Source: Chiloscyllium plagiosum (Eukaryota). From it: a stretch of 47,721 bases of DNA. The position numbers were made by a program, and so were the translations under genes. Position 1 is the first letter of the stretch. Every line of letters begins with the position of its first letter. Of the stretch, positions 36,491 through 47,721 are shown one piece after another. Under the pieces are notes generated by a model. That model had not been told where the DNA came from and did not search any database. It was given only the letters and a program-made list of their open reading frames with translations. The stretch spans positions 7,480,630 through 7,528,350 of the forward strand of contig NC_057758.1 of NCBI RefSeq assembly GCF_004010195.1, given 5' to 3'.

Positions 36491-36539
36491 AATCTGTTTC
36501 TTTTTAATTGTCATTTATTCAATCAATCTCTGTAGTTTG

Positions 36540-38990
36540 GAGCAGTCAGAATGAAGGCAAGCACAGTTGCATGTTCCTCTTGCAGGATGTAGGAAATAAA
36601 AGACTCCACCGGTGCACTTACTGACTTTGCTGGCGAGAAGTATACCGAACTCCAGCTCTCAGAGACTGCAGTTGGAACTGGACAAACTTCGGAACATTAG
36701 GGAGGCGGAGTGGGATGAATGAAGAGGAGTTATGGGGAGACAGTCACAATTAAGTTGCAGTAAAAAGGTGGCTCCGCTACCGTGATCGGATGGAAAGAGA
36801 ATAGACAGACATTGTTGGGCCGTTCAAGCAATAGTCAGAATGCAGTTTTGGAAACTGCTAGCGGAGGAGCACGCAGTGTCCACCAACACCATGGAATTGT
36901 TCAGGGAGAGGTGAGCGCCGCAGGGAGTGGAGTGCATTATTGCCCCATCCAAGTCTATTTTGATTTGATCCCTGCATCCCCTTCACTATCTCATCACGCA
37001 GCATTATCTATGGATGTGAAGGGTACTGCTTGTCACAGGCCAGTCGGCTGTTTCCTTTCTTCCTGGTGGTGGAAAATTGAGGAGAAAGTGAGGTCTGCAG
37101 ACGCTGGAGATCAAAGCTGAAACTTTATTGCTGGAACAGCACAGCAGGTCAGGCAGCATCTCGGGAACAGAAGATTGAATAAAGATTCGTGCATCTCGTG
37201 TCTTTCACTGTGTCTCACACCTGCACACACACAACATGGGTGCTGGGGAAAAATAAGCACTACCGCAGTTAGGTGTTAGTGTAGGGGTAAAAAGGGGTAG
37301 GAGTGTATAAAAAGGAAACTGCTAGCGGATCGACCGACAAGGGGAAATCCAAAGCGGCCAGATTTCTGACGCTGAACCTGGCTATGTGGCTGATAAAATA
37401 AGAGGGGAGAATAGGACAGCAATAGGGATAGGAGGTTCAGTGGTGAGAGAAACAGACAGGAAATTCTGTGGCGTGAGTTGGACTCCTGGATAGTGTTGCC
37501 TTCCGGCTGCCAAGGTCAGGGCTGCCTGTGATCGCGTCTACAGGATGCTTAAGGGGAGGTAGAGCAGCCAGAAGTCGTGGTGCACATCGGTAGCCAATGG
37601 CGTTGGGAGAAAAAGGGAGGAAGACCTAAAAAGCGAATATACGGAATTTAGTTGTAAGCTAGAAGGCAGTATGAACAGAGCAGTAATCTTCGGATTGTTG
37701 ACCGTGCCACGTGCTAGTGAGGCTATGAATAGAGAGCTAGAGCAGATGGAAACGTTGGTTGCAGGGTTGTTGTCCAAGGAAGGGCTTCAAATATGCGAAT
37801 ATTTAGGATACTTTCTAGCGAAGGTAGGAGCTTTCCAAGAAGGACCGATGGCATCTGAACTGTAGGAGCAACAATATTCTGGGCACCAAGTTTGCTCGAA
37901 ACTGGTTTTGCATGGTGGTAGGGACTGAGCTACGGTTCAAATAATGGAGTATGTAGCGAACGCCCAGATACAGCGCACAGAGTGTCTGTGAGGAGGGAGA
38001 GGCACTTGAAAGAGAAGAGATGCAGTCAGAGGGTTTAACTGTGTCTATTTTAATGCAAGAGTGTCAGAATAAATTTTGGCGAACTTGGAACATAGATCAG
38101 TACTTGCAACATGATGTGGTATCCGTTATGAAGACTTGGATATCACAGAGAGAGGAATGGTTGTTGAATGTTCCAGGTCTTGTGGTTTCGAACTGATGAG
38201 GGGAAAGTAAAAGACTTGGTGGAGTGGCATTGCTAGTCAGTAATACTACACGTGCTCTAGAAACAGAAATCATCGAGAAGGGGTTGTCTCCAGAATCAGT
38301 GCCGGTGGAAATTAGGAACAGGAAAGGAACATCACTTGATTGGGAATTTTCTATCGGCCACCAATACCAACAGAGGCAAAGAGGAGCAGACTGAGAAGCA
38401 GATACCGGAAATGGGTCGAAGTAATGTGGACGTTGTTCTTGGTGACTTCAAAGCCACTAATATTGCTTTGAACCTACTTAGTTCAAGCAGTTGGATGAAG
38501 ATTTTCTCAGATGTGTCCAAGAAGGGTACTTGATGCAATATATCGATTGGCTGGGTAGAGATAAGGCCAAATTGAATATTAGTGCGTGGCAATGAACCTA
38601 GCCAGCTGAAAAATCTCTCGGTGGGAGAGCATTTTAGTGCTAGCGATCACAGCTCCATGACATTAACTCTCCTCATGGAGAAGGATAGCAGCAGACGGTA
38701 TTGGAAAGTTTTTAATTGGGGGCTAGGGAATCATGTTACTTTTCAGCAAGAACTGAGGTACCTAGATTTGGAAGCAATATTCTCAGGAATGTGCATAACA
38801 AAAATGTGGAGTTTCTTTCAGAAGCACCGACAGAAAGTGCTACTCAGTTTTGTCCCAGTGAGGCAAGGAAGTAGTTTGAAAGAATCTCGGATAACAAGTA
38901 ATGTGGAAGATCTCGTCCACAGGATGATCAATATTACTCAAGGTTGAAGAGGTAAGGATCATACGGGGCTTTAGAGGATTGCAAAGTAGC
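36540..38990 (+). mobile_element. CR1-clade LINE ORF1 plus EN, decayed, with a PLE-related insert at ~36870-37320
   Basis: VIFGLLTVPRASEAMNR (ORF1); VVLGDFKATNI, EHFSASDHSS (EN); PLE tail ggagaaagtgaggtctgcag at 37081. Confidence 0.8.
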
Positions 38991-39179
38991 CAGGAAGTAC
39001 CATCAATTTTTGGGAGGAAAGTAGCCAGGAAGTACCATCAATTTTTGGGAGGATAGAGAGTGAGAGAGAGAATGTGTAATGGAGAATGGGACAGAGAGAG
39101 AGAGAGAGAGAGATAAAGAAAGAGAGCGTTAGAGAGAGAGGAAACTAGTGGCTGACGGGAAAGTAAATTTCCCCAGTTA

Positions 39180-39760
39180 AAAGGCACTAAACTCGAGCCT
39201 CAGTGGCCTTCGAGCTTTGAGTGACCCGATGTCGTTTAAGGAGTACGGTTTGTGTTCGAAAACGAGACTCCCCAATGGTATGTAGCCACCCAGGTGTACT
39301 CAGAGCGGCCGCAGAACATTCTGAAGATGGAAGGTGAACAACCAATTGTCGTGGTGCATAAACGTACCAATGATGTAGGTAAAAAAAAAGGACTGGCATC
39401 CGACAAGCAGAATTTAGAGAGCTTGTTGCCAAGTTAAAAAGTACGAACTCAGTGGTAGTAATGGCAGGGCTGTTACCAGTGCCGCTTGCTCACCAGAGTT
39501 GACATGAAAGAATAAACATGGCTTGAGCGATAGTGCAGGAGGAAGGGTTCTGATTTTTGCGACATTGAGACTGGTTCTCGGGCAGGTGCGACTATTACAT
39601 ACTTCACAGTCGACACGTGGACTGGACTGGAACCAATGTCCTCAGGCTTGCTTTTTGTGATACAGTGGGGAGGGATTAAAGTATATTTTCGCAGTAGCGA
39701 TGGAGAGAAACAGAGATACAGAGGACCAGGGGCCTGCTGGGAAGGGTAATTTCCCATTTA
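39180..39760 (+). mobile_element. CR1 ORF1 esterase fragment
   Basis: QNILKMEGEQPIVVVHKRTNDVG. Confidence 0.75.
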
Positions 39761-39939
39761 AAGTGTCAGGCTTCCATTTGCAACAGCGGTGAGAGCGACG
39801 AGCGGAGTGGGAGCGGTCGAATAGCCACTCGGAAGGTGAGTGAACCAATACATTTGGTGAGTGGATGAACCCCCAACACAATACGCGTGTAATGTTTCCC
39901 ACCCGCTCTCGTCCTCCAATCAAAAACAAAGGACTCTGT

Positions 39940-42900
39940 GAAATGTTGATCATGTTTTAGTTTTTTTTAATCCTGTGCATTTCCTTTTGTTCATTATCCC
40001 TTTATCTAAGTTAAGATTACGATTAGAAATGGCAGGAGATAAACTGTTTTTCTTCGGTTTTTCAATATGGAAGCTCAAGAAGACACCTGATGTCCCTGAC
40101 TCCTCGTGTGCTGTAAAGGTGTTTCGCTGCAACACTTGTTCGACCGCATGACAGCTCTGGAGCTGCGGATGGACTCACTTTGGAGCTTACGCGATATTGA
40201 GGGAAGTTGTGGTTTGCACGTTTAGTGAATTGGTCACACCATAGATTAGGATTGCTGAGGGAGAATCGGAATGGGTGACGAAACGGTACAGAAAGCGCAG
40301 GAAGGCAGTGCAGGTGCAGCCTTCGGGTCATCTCCTTCCAAACAGGTGTACCGTTTTGGATGCTGTCACGAGAGATGGACCCTAAGAGAACGCAGCATCG
40401 GTCTGGTTCAGAGCACCTTGACTGGCTCTGGTGTACAGAAGGGTGGGAAAATGAGTCGAAGGCCTATATTCATCGGGGATTCAACTGTAAGTGGAATACA
40501 TAGTCCGTCTTGTGTTTGGAAACGAGACTCCAGAATGGTATGTTGCCTCACAGGTTCACGGGTCAGAGATGTTTCAGATCGGCTGCAGAATGTTCTGAAG
40601 AGGGAGGATGAACAGCCAGTTGTTGTGGTGCATACAGATTGCAATAGCAGAGGTAGGAAAAGCGGAGAATCCTACAAGAAGTACTAAGGGTGTTGAGAAT
40701 CATGTTAAAAATTAAGACCTCAGATGTAGTAATCTCAGGATTTCCAACACTGCCACCCGCTCCTCAGATTCCATGTTAAAACATAGGCAGGATGAATGTG
40801 TAGCTTGAGAGACGGTCCGTGGGAGGGGTTCATATTTTTTGAGATTTCAGAACTGGTTCTGGCTAAATGGAAAAATGACAATTTGGATTGTCAACAGCTG
40901 GGTCGGACTGGACTAAAGTCCTTGTGGATGCTTTTTCTAACGCTGTTGTGGTGGATTTAAACCAATGTGGCAGCGGATGGGAACCAAATGAGGAAAGTAG
41001 CGGACAGTAGGAAGGTAGTAACTGAAGGCTAGAAGGATCTAGAAATTGAGGTCAACGGGATTCAAGAGAAGTTTAGGCAGGGAACTAATGATGATCGAAA
41101 AGGGAGTGGTTGCCTGAGATGCACTTGTTTTAATGCAAGAAGTTTGTTCGGAAAGGTAGATGAACGTCTACCTGACAGAATGACATTATTGCCATTACTG
41201 AGACTTGGTTGAGGGAAGGGTACAGAACATAGAGTATTGACCATACAAAGTAACAGCGCAGTTCCGTCCCTTTGGCCCTCGATGTTGCTCCAATCTGTGA
41301 CATTAATCTGATGCCCATCTAACCTACCATGTTCTGTTAATATCCATATGTTCGTCCCATGCCTATTTAAATGCCCTTAACGTCGGCGGGTCTATTACCG
41401 TTGCAGTCACGTCGGTCCACGAGTCGACTATTCTCTGAATAAAGAAACTACCCCTGATATCTGTCCTAAGTCTCTCACCCTTCAATTTAAAGCTATGTTA
41501 GTCGTCACCATCCTGGGGGGAAAAGGCATCCATTGTCCACCGTATCTAAGCTTCTGATCAACATGCACGTCTTGATTAATTTGCCTCTCAACGTTCTTCT
41601 CTTCAACGAAAATAGCCTCAGTTCCCTCGGTCTTTCCTCGTAAGACCATTCTTTCATACCAGGAAATATCCGAGAAAATCCTCTCTGAAACCTTTCCAAA
41701 GCTTCCACATCTTTCCTATATTTTGGTGACCACACTATAAGTAAAACCTCAGGTGCAGCATTACCAGCATGTCCTCGTGGCTTTGAAACTCAATCGCTGT
41801 ACCAGTCAACGGCAGCACATCCAGATCATTAATAGACATGACAAACAACAGTGGCCCCAAAACAAATCCTTGTGGCACACCACTGGTAACTGAGCTCCAA
41901 TATGAACATTTCCTATCAATCATCACACTCTGTCTTTTTCAGTTAACCAATTACCGATACAGATCTCTAAATGACCTTCAGTCCCGAAACACCACATTCT
42001 ATGCAATGATAGGCAACTAAATTTGCCAGGATATCGATGGTTCAGGCCGGATAGGGAGGGCAGTAAAAGTAGTGCAGATTTTGCAGAAAATAGGGTTCGA
42101 TGGAGGACTAGAGCAGTGAGGCAATATGGGCAGACCTCAGAAAAAATAGGGGTGCAGTAACAATGTTGGAGCAGTACTACAGGCCTCCCAATGAAGAGTG
42201 TAATTTCGAGGTGCAAATATATAAACAGATTATAGAAAGACATCAGGCATCAGGGTGATGGCGACAGGAGACTCAATTTTTTCAACATTGACTGGAATTC
42301 ATTTAGTGTTAGTGGTGTAGATGGAGCAGCATTTGTCAGGAGCATCCAGGAGGGCTTTCTAGAGCAGTATATAAATAATCAAATTCAGGAAGAGGCCGTA
42401 CTGGACGTGGTGTTGGGGAATGAGACCAGCCAGGTGGTTGATGTTTCAGTATGGGATTAGTTTGGGAATAGTGATCACAAGTACATACGTTTTAGAATAC
42501 TCATGGACAAGATGAGAGTGGTCCTAATAAAAGAATGCTAATTTGGAGTACCGACTACTATTGCAAAATTCGGCAGTATCTGGGCAATTTAGAATGGGAA
42601 CAATGTAGGACCAATCTGGAACGAGGAATTCAGAAGGAGAAAAGGGTCATGAGATATCTTTACAAACAGGGTTAACTGAAATCATGAGGCCTTGTATTCA
42701 TATATAAGGAGCAAGAGAGTGACTCGAGAAATGGTTGGCCCACTCAGGAGACATAGGAGGAAAGCTATGCATGGAGTCAGAAAAAAATGTTTGAGACTCT
42801 TAACGAGTTCTTTCAGTTCGTATTCACCGAAGGGTCGGAGGTGGCGGCTGCTAACGTGGAAGATAGACATTTGCTTACTTCAGGTCATGTCGGCATAAGG

Positions 42901-43080
42901 AGGAAGAAAGTATTGTATTACAAAAGGCATGAAGGTGGAGAGGTCCCCAGGTCCAGATTTGATCTATTCCAGGCTAATTGGCGGAAGTGAGAGAGGATTT
43001 AACAGACACCTTAATAGATATCTTTGCAGCATACTTGAACACACGTGATGTCCTAGAGGACTGGATAATTGTTGACGTTG
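39940..43080 (+). mobile_element. CR1-clade LINE ORF1-EN-RT start, interrupted by an opposite-strand CR1 3' part at ~41225-41990
   Basis: FIGDSTVSG...VCCLTGSRVRDV (ORF1); CTCFNARSL, IAITETW and YSYIRSKRVTRE (ORF2). The nested minus copy has VTSGVPQGFVLGPLLF. Confidence 0.85.
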
Positions 43081-44050
43081 CAAGACCTCACATTGAGCAA
43101 TACTTAGGACCGCTCACCATCTTTTGGACCACATCCCCAGCTGACCAATGCTGAGCTGAAATTTCAGGACAACTTTCATCACTGTCCACAATACCACCAA
43201 TTGCAAACTTAGTAATCATACGTTGTACATTCTAATCAAAGTCATTTATATCGACAACAAACAATAATCGGCCGAGAACCGTCTCCTCAGGCGTTCCACT
43301 GGACACAGATCTCCCGTCCAACAAGCATCCTTCCACTATTACCACCTGCTTCCTTCCATATTACTAATTATGCATCGAATTTGCCAACACTCCCTGGATT
43401 CCATGCGATGTAACCATCCCGAGCACCCTACCATTTGGAACATTATCAAAGACATTTTTGAAATGCATACAGACCATGCCCAAGGCCCAGCCTTCGTCAA
43501 CCCTGTTGGTCACTTCGTTAAATAACGCTAATTTGTTGAACATGATCTCCCACACAAGAAACCATTCTAACTCTTCCTAATCAAACCCTGTCTTTCCAAA
43601 TAAATGACAGGCTTTTCTTTCAGAATCTTCGCAATTAAATTACCCACCACAAAGTCGACGCTTGCCGGTGCATGTTTCCCAAGTTTTTCTTCTTCGCACT
43701 TCTTGAATAATGGCACAATGTTGGTCAACCTCCAATCTTTCAGGACGTCACCCGTGGCTATCAATAATGTAAAAATATCAGCATGAGCTCCCACAAATTC
43801 GGTGAGCGCGTCTGGCAGTGTTCTTGGATTTATCTCGGCAGGCCTAGGAGGTTTATTCACCTTCAAACATTCTAATACATGTAACACCTCCTCTACTGGG
43901 AAAAGGACTGACCACCAACTTCAGCAAGATCCCATGACTTCAAATTGTTCTTTCCGATAAACACATCAAATAAGTATTCACTGAGGACCTCGTCCATCTC
44001 CCTTCACACGTATATATTAGCTTTGTCGTTGAGAGACCCTATTCTGTATT
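43080..44050 (-). mobile_element. CR1-clade LINE RT fragment
   Basis: DWRLTNIVPLFKK, HFKNVFDNVP. Confidence 0.8.
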
Positions 44051-44657
44051 TCATAATTCATTTTCTCCAAATATACGTAAATAGTCAACTTTTACCAATT
44101 ATGCTGTGCCTTCTGCCAACAATTGTAATAACCTGTAGTCCGATAAACAATGTTATAATTAAGAACATTATCTTGAGATAATGCCTGTGAATAGAGAAAA
44201 ATGTAATTGGTTTCTCAGTCCATCCCTCCACGCATAACATCAATACATTTATGCTGTCTGTATCTGTGTGTTGCTGGACGTTTATTTGGGAGTTAGTGTT
44301 TTCATTTTTAAAGTTATATGTCGATAGCCCATGACTGTCTAGCCACTGTCACAAGTTATGAAATAATTCTTGGCAAGTCCAAGAATTCGCTTATTGCCGA
44401 ATTAGGTCCGACGAATTGGGAAATTCGGTGCATTCAATGTGCACTTTTATGACAACTATGAGATTAACGGGGCCTTCAATTACGAAGTTTCCTCTCTGAG
44501 GGATAATGCGGCTGTATATTACTAAGGATTCTGGACTACAAAGTCTGATCAAGCACTATGTCCTGTGAGCACAGTCTTCCAAATTGTGGCCTCAACCACT
44601 TTCCTTCTGAGCCTGTGGTTTGGAGGGACGTTGGCATCAATTGATAAATCCATTAAC

Positions 44658-44853
44658 CTGCTTGTTGATTCCCAGAATATGGAGGACCTGCTGGCAACTT
44701 ACTAAATGTTGAGAAAAAAGTATATGGAGGTATTTTCTCTGTCATTTGCAATGCAAGAATCGTGCAATGAATGTAGCCATTGTCTGATGCAAACAAAACT
44801 GACAGGTCAGTACACAAAATGCATGGTCCACTCTCAGAAGAGGTTTTTGATAA
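44658..44853 (-). pseudogene. Exon remnant: IGFN1-like segment leading into Ig1
   Basis: Acceptor ttttattttatactgttccag, donor G|gttaat. The 196-nt frame is open: ...ILALQMTEKIPPYTFFSTFSKLPAGPPYSGNQQA(G), resembling IGFN1 'MITQFVEEIPEG.STPDF.RKP.ALTIQEG'. The phase-1 end matches the next exon. Confidence 0.55.
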
Positions 44854-44875
44854 CTGGAACAGTATAAAATAAAAC

Positions 44876-45375
44876 NNNNNNNNNNNNNNNNNNNNNNNNN
44901 NNNNNNNNNNNNNNNNNNNNNNNNNNNNNNNNNNNNNNNNNNNNNNNNNNNNNNNNNNNNNNNNNNNNNNNNNNNNNNNNNNNNNNNNNNNNNNNNNNNN
45001 NNNNNNNNNNNNNNNNNNNNNNNNNNNNNNNNNNNNNNNNNNNNNNNNNNNNNNNNNNNNNNNNNNNNNNNNNNNNNNNNNNNNNNNNNNNNNNNNNNNN
45101 NNNNNNNNNNNNNNNNNNNNNNNNNNNNNNNNNNNNNNNNNNNNNNNNNNNNNNNNNNNNNNNNNNNNNNNNNNNNNNNNNNNNNNNNNNNNNNNNNNNN
45201 NNNNNNNNNNNNNNNNNNNNNNNNNNNNNNNNNNNNNNNNNNNNNNNNNNNNNNNNNNNNNNNNNNNNNNNNNNNNNNNNNNNNNNNNNNNNNNNNNNNN
45301 NNNNNNNNNNNNNNNNNNNNNNNNNNNNNNNNNNNNNNNNNNNNNNNNNNNNNNNNNNNNNNNNNNNNNNNNNNN
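44876..45375. other. Assembly gap, 500 N
   Basis: Exactly 500 N, suggesting a fixed-size scaffolding gap. Confidence 0.99.
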
Positions 45376-47425
45376 ACGTTCATCTACCTTTCCGAACAAA
45401 CTTCTTGTATTAAAACAAGTGCATCTCAGGCAATCACTCCCTTTTCGATCATCATGAGCACCCTGCCTAAATTTCTCTTGAATCCCGTTGACTGCAATTT
45501 CTATTTCCTTCAACGCTTCAGTTACTACCTCCATACTGTCCGCTACCCTCGTCATTTGTTTCCCTTCTGCTGCCACATTAGTTTAAAACCACCACAACAG
45601 CGTTAGAAAACGCATCCCCAAGGACATTGGTCCAGTCCGACCCAGGTGTTGACCCAGGTGTTGACAATCCAAATTGCCATATTTCCATTTAGCCAGAACC
45701 AGTTCTGAAATCTCAAAAATATGAAACCCTCCCACGGACCGTCTCTCAAGCTACACATTCATCCTGCCCATGTTTTAAAATGGAATCTGAGGAGCGGGTT
45801 GCAGTGTTGGCAATCCTGAGATTACTACAGCTGAGGTCTTAATTTTTGACATGATTCTCAACACCGTTCGTACTGCTTGTAGGATCTCTCCCCTTTTCTA
45901 CCTCTATCATTGCAATCTGTATGCACCACGACAACTGGCTGTTCATCCTCCCTCTTCGGATTATTCTGCAGCCGATTTGAAACATCCCTGACCCGTGAAC
46001 CTGTGAGGCAACATACCATTCGGGAGTCTCGTTTCCAAACACAGGACGGACTACGAATTCCACTTACAATTGAATCCCCTATGACTCTTTTTCCCACCCT
46101 TCTGTACACCAGAGGGTGGTTTAAGGTGCTCTGAACCAGACCGATGCTGCGCTCTCCTGGGGTGCCATCTCTCGTGACAGTATCCAAAACGGTATACCTG
46201 TTTGGAAGGAGATGACCGGAAGGCTGCTCCTGCACTGCCTTCCTGCGCTTTCTCTATCGTTTTGTCACCCATTCCGATTCTCCCTCAGCAATCCTAATAT
46301 ATGGTGTGACCAATTCACTAAACGTACGAACCACACCTCCCTCAGCATCGGTAAGCTCCAAAGTGAGCCCATCCGCAGCTCCAGAGCTGTCATGCGGTCG
46401 AACAAGTGTTGCAGCGAAACACCTTTACAGCACACGAGGAGTCAGGGACAGCAGGTGTCTTCTTGAGCTTCCACATTGAAAAACCGAAGAAAAACACAAT
46501 TTATCTCCTGCCATTTCTAATCGTAATCTTAACATTGAGAAAGAGATAATGAACAAAAGGAAATGCACAGGATAAAAAAAGTAAAACATGATCAACATAC
46601 CGCAGAGTACTTTGTTTTTGATTGGAGGACGAGGGCGGGTGGGAAACATTACATGTGTAGAGGCTCGGGTTCATCCACTCACTAAATGTATTGGTTCACT
46701 CACCTTCCGAGTGTCAATTCGACCTCTCCCACTCCGCTCGTCGCTCTCACCGCTGTTGCAAATGGAGGCCTGACACATTAAGTGGGAAATTTCCCTTCCC
46801 AGTAGGCTTCTGGTCCTCTGTATCTCTGTTTCTCTCCATCGCTACTGCGAAAATATACTTTAATCCCTCCCCAACTGTATCACAAAAAGCAACCCTGAGG
46901 ACATGGGTTCCAGTCCAGTCCAGGTGTCGACTGTGAAGTATGTAATAGTCCGACCTGCCCGAGAACCAGTCTCAATGTTGCAAAAATCAGAACCCTTCCT
47001 CCTGCACTATTGCTCAAGCCATGTTTATCCTTTCATGTCAACTCTGGTGAGCAAGCGGCACTGGTAACAGCCCTGCTATTACTACCTCAGAGGTCGTACT
47101 TTTTAACTTGGCAACAAACTCTCTAAATTCTGCTTGTCGGATATCAGTACATTTTTCTTACCTACATCACTGGTGCCTTTATGCACCACGACAATTAATT
47201 ATTCACCTTCCACCTTCAGAATGTTCTGCGGCCACTCTGAGTACATCTGGGTGGCAATATACCATTGGGGAGTCTCGTTTTCGAACACAAACCGTAGTCC
47301 CTAAACGACATCCGGTCACTCAAAGCTCGAAGGCCACTGATGCTCGAGTTTCGTGCCTTCTAACTGGGAAAATTTACCTTCCCGTCAGCCACTAGTTTCC
47401 TCTCTCTCTCTAACTCTCTCTTTGT

Positions 47426-47468
<43 letters not shown>

Positions 47469-47721
47469 CCATTCTCCATTACACATTCTCTCTCTCACTC
47501 TGTATCCTCCCAAACATTGATGGTACTTCCTGGCTACTTTGCAATCCTCTAAATCCCCGTATGATCCTTTCCTCTTCAACCTTGAATAATATTGTTCATT
47601 CTGTGGACTAGATCTTCCACATTACTTGTTATCCGAGATTCTTTCAAACTACTTTCTTGCCTCACTGGGACAAAACTGGGTAGCACTTTCTGTAGGTGCT
47701 TCTGAAAGAAACTCCACATTT
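45376..47721 (-). repeat. Inverted copy of 38802-41167 (segmental duplication arm, truncated by the gap and the window end)
   Basis: The reverse complement is colinear with 38802-41167, including TE junctions, the (GA)n tract and the spacer; roughly 90% or more identical by eye. Confidence 0.92.

Larger units (their letters stand above)
458..44853 (-). pseudogene. Decayed, intron-containing Ig/FN3 muscle-protein pseudogene of the IGFN1/IGSF22/MyBP-C family; probably continues past the left edge
   Basis: Successive non-repeat islands, most flanked by AG/GT on the minus strand, translate (with stops and frameshifts) to an IGFN1-like N-terminus/Ig1, a tri-helix-bundle (THB) motif, I-set Ig and FN3 remnants, in colinear order with compatible intron phases. 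Similarity judged by eye. Confidence 0.72.

Noticed and set aside
44653..45576. Long ORFs of 307 aa and 213 aa
   Set aside because: They read through the 500-N gap and join unrelated contigs.

Overview
Repeat-rich eukaryotic DNA, very likely from a cartilaginous fish (inferred from an HE1-type SINE plus shark-type CR1 and Penelope-like elements). I found no intact protein-coding gene. Most of the window is nested retroelement debris: many CR1-clade LINE fragments, Penelope-like elements (PLEs) carrying minimal hammerhead ribozyme (HHR) motifs, one HE1-like SINE, and a decayed Gmr1-type Gypsy LTR element (integrase before RT; 25210-31013, minus strand). Three things stand out. (1) The non-repeat islands between the transposons read, on the minus strand, as about 16 decayed exons of one intron-containing Ig/FN3 muscle-protein pseudogene of the IGFN1/IGSF22/MyBP-C family. 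It runs from 44853 to at least 458 and has a longer, partly titin-like domain order. (2) A head-to-tail dimer of a ~350-nt unit with one HHR per unit (32223-32934) starts and ends at the same point of the monomer, as expected for a non-LTR retrozyme copied from a circular RNA. (3) A composite block of at least 2.3 kb (38802-41167) recurs inverted at 45376-47721 across a 500-N gap. All protein similarities were judged by eye on frameshifted sequence against remembered family sequences and need HMM/BLAST confirmation.
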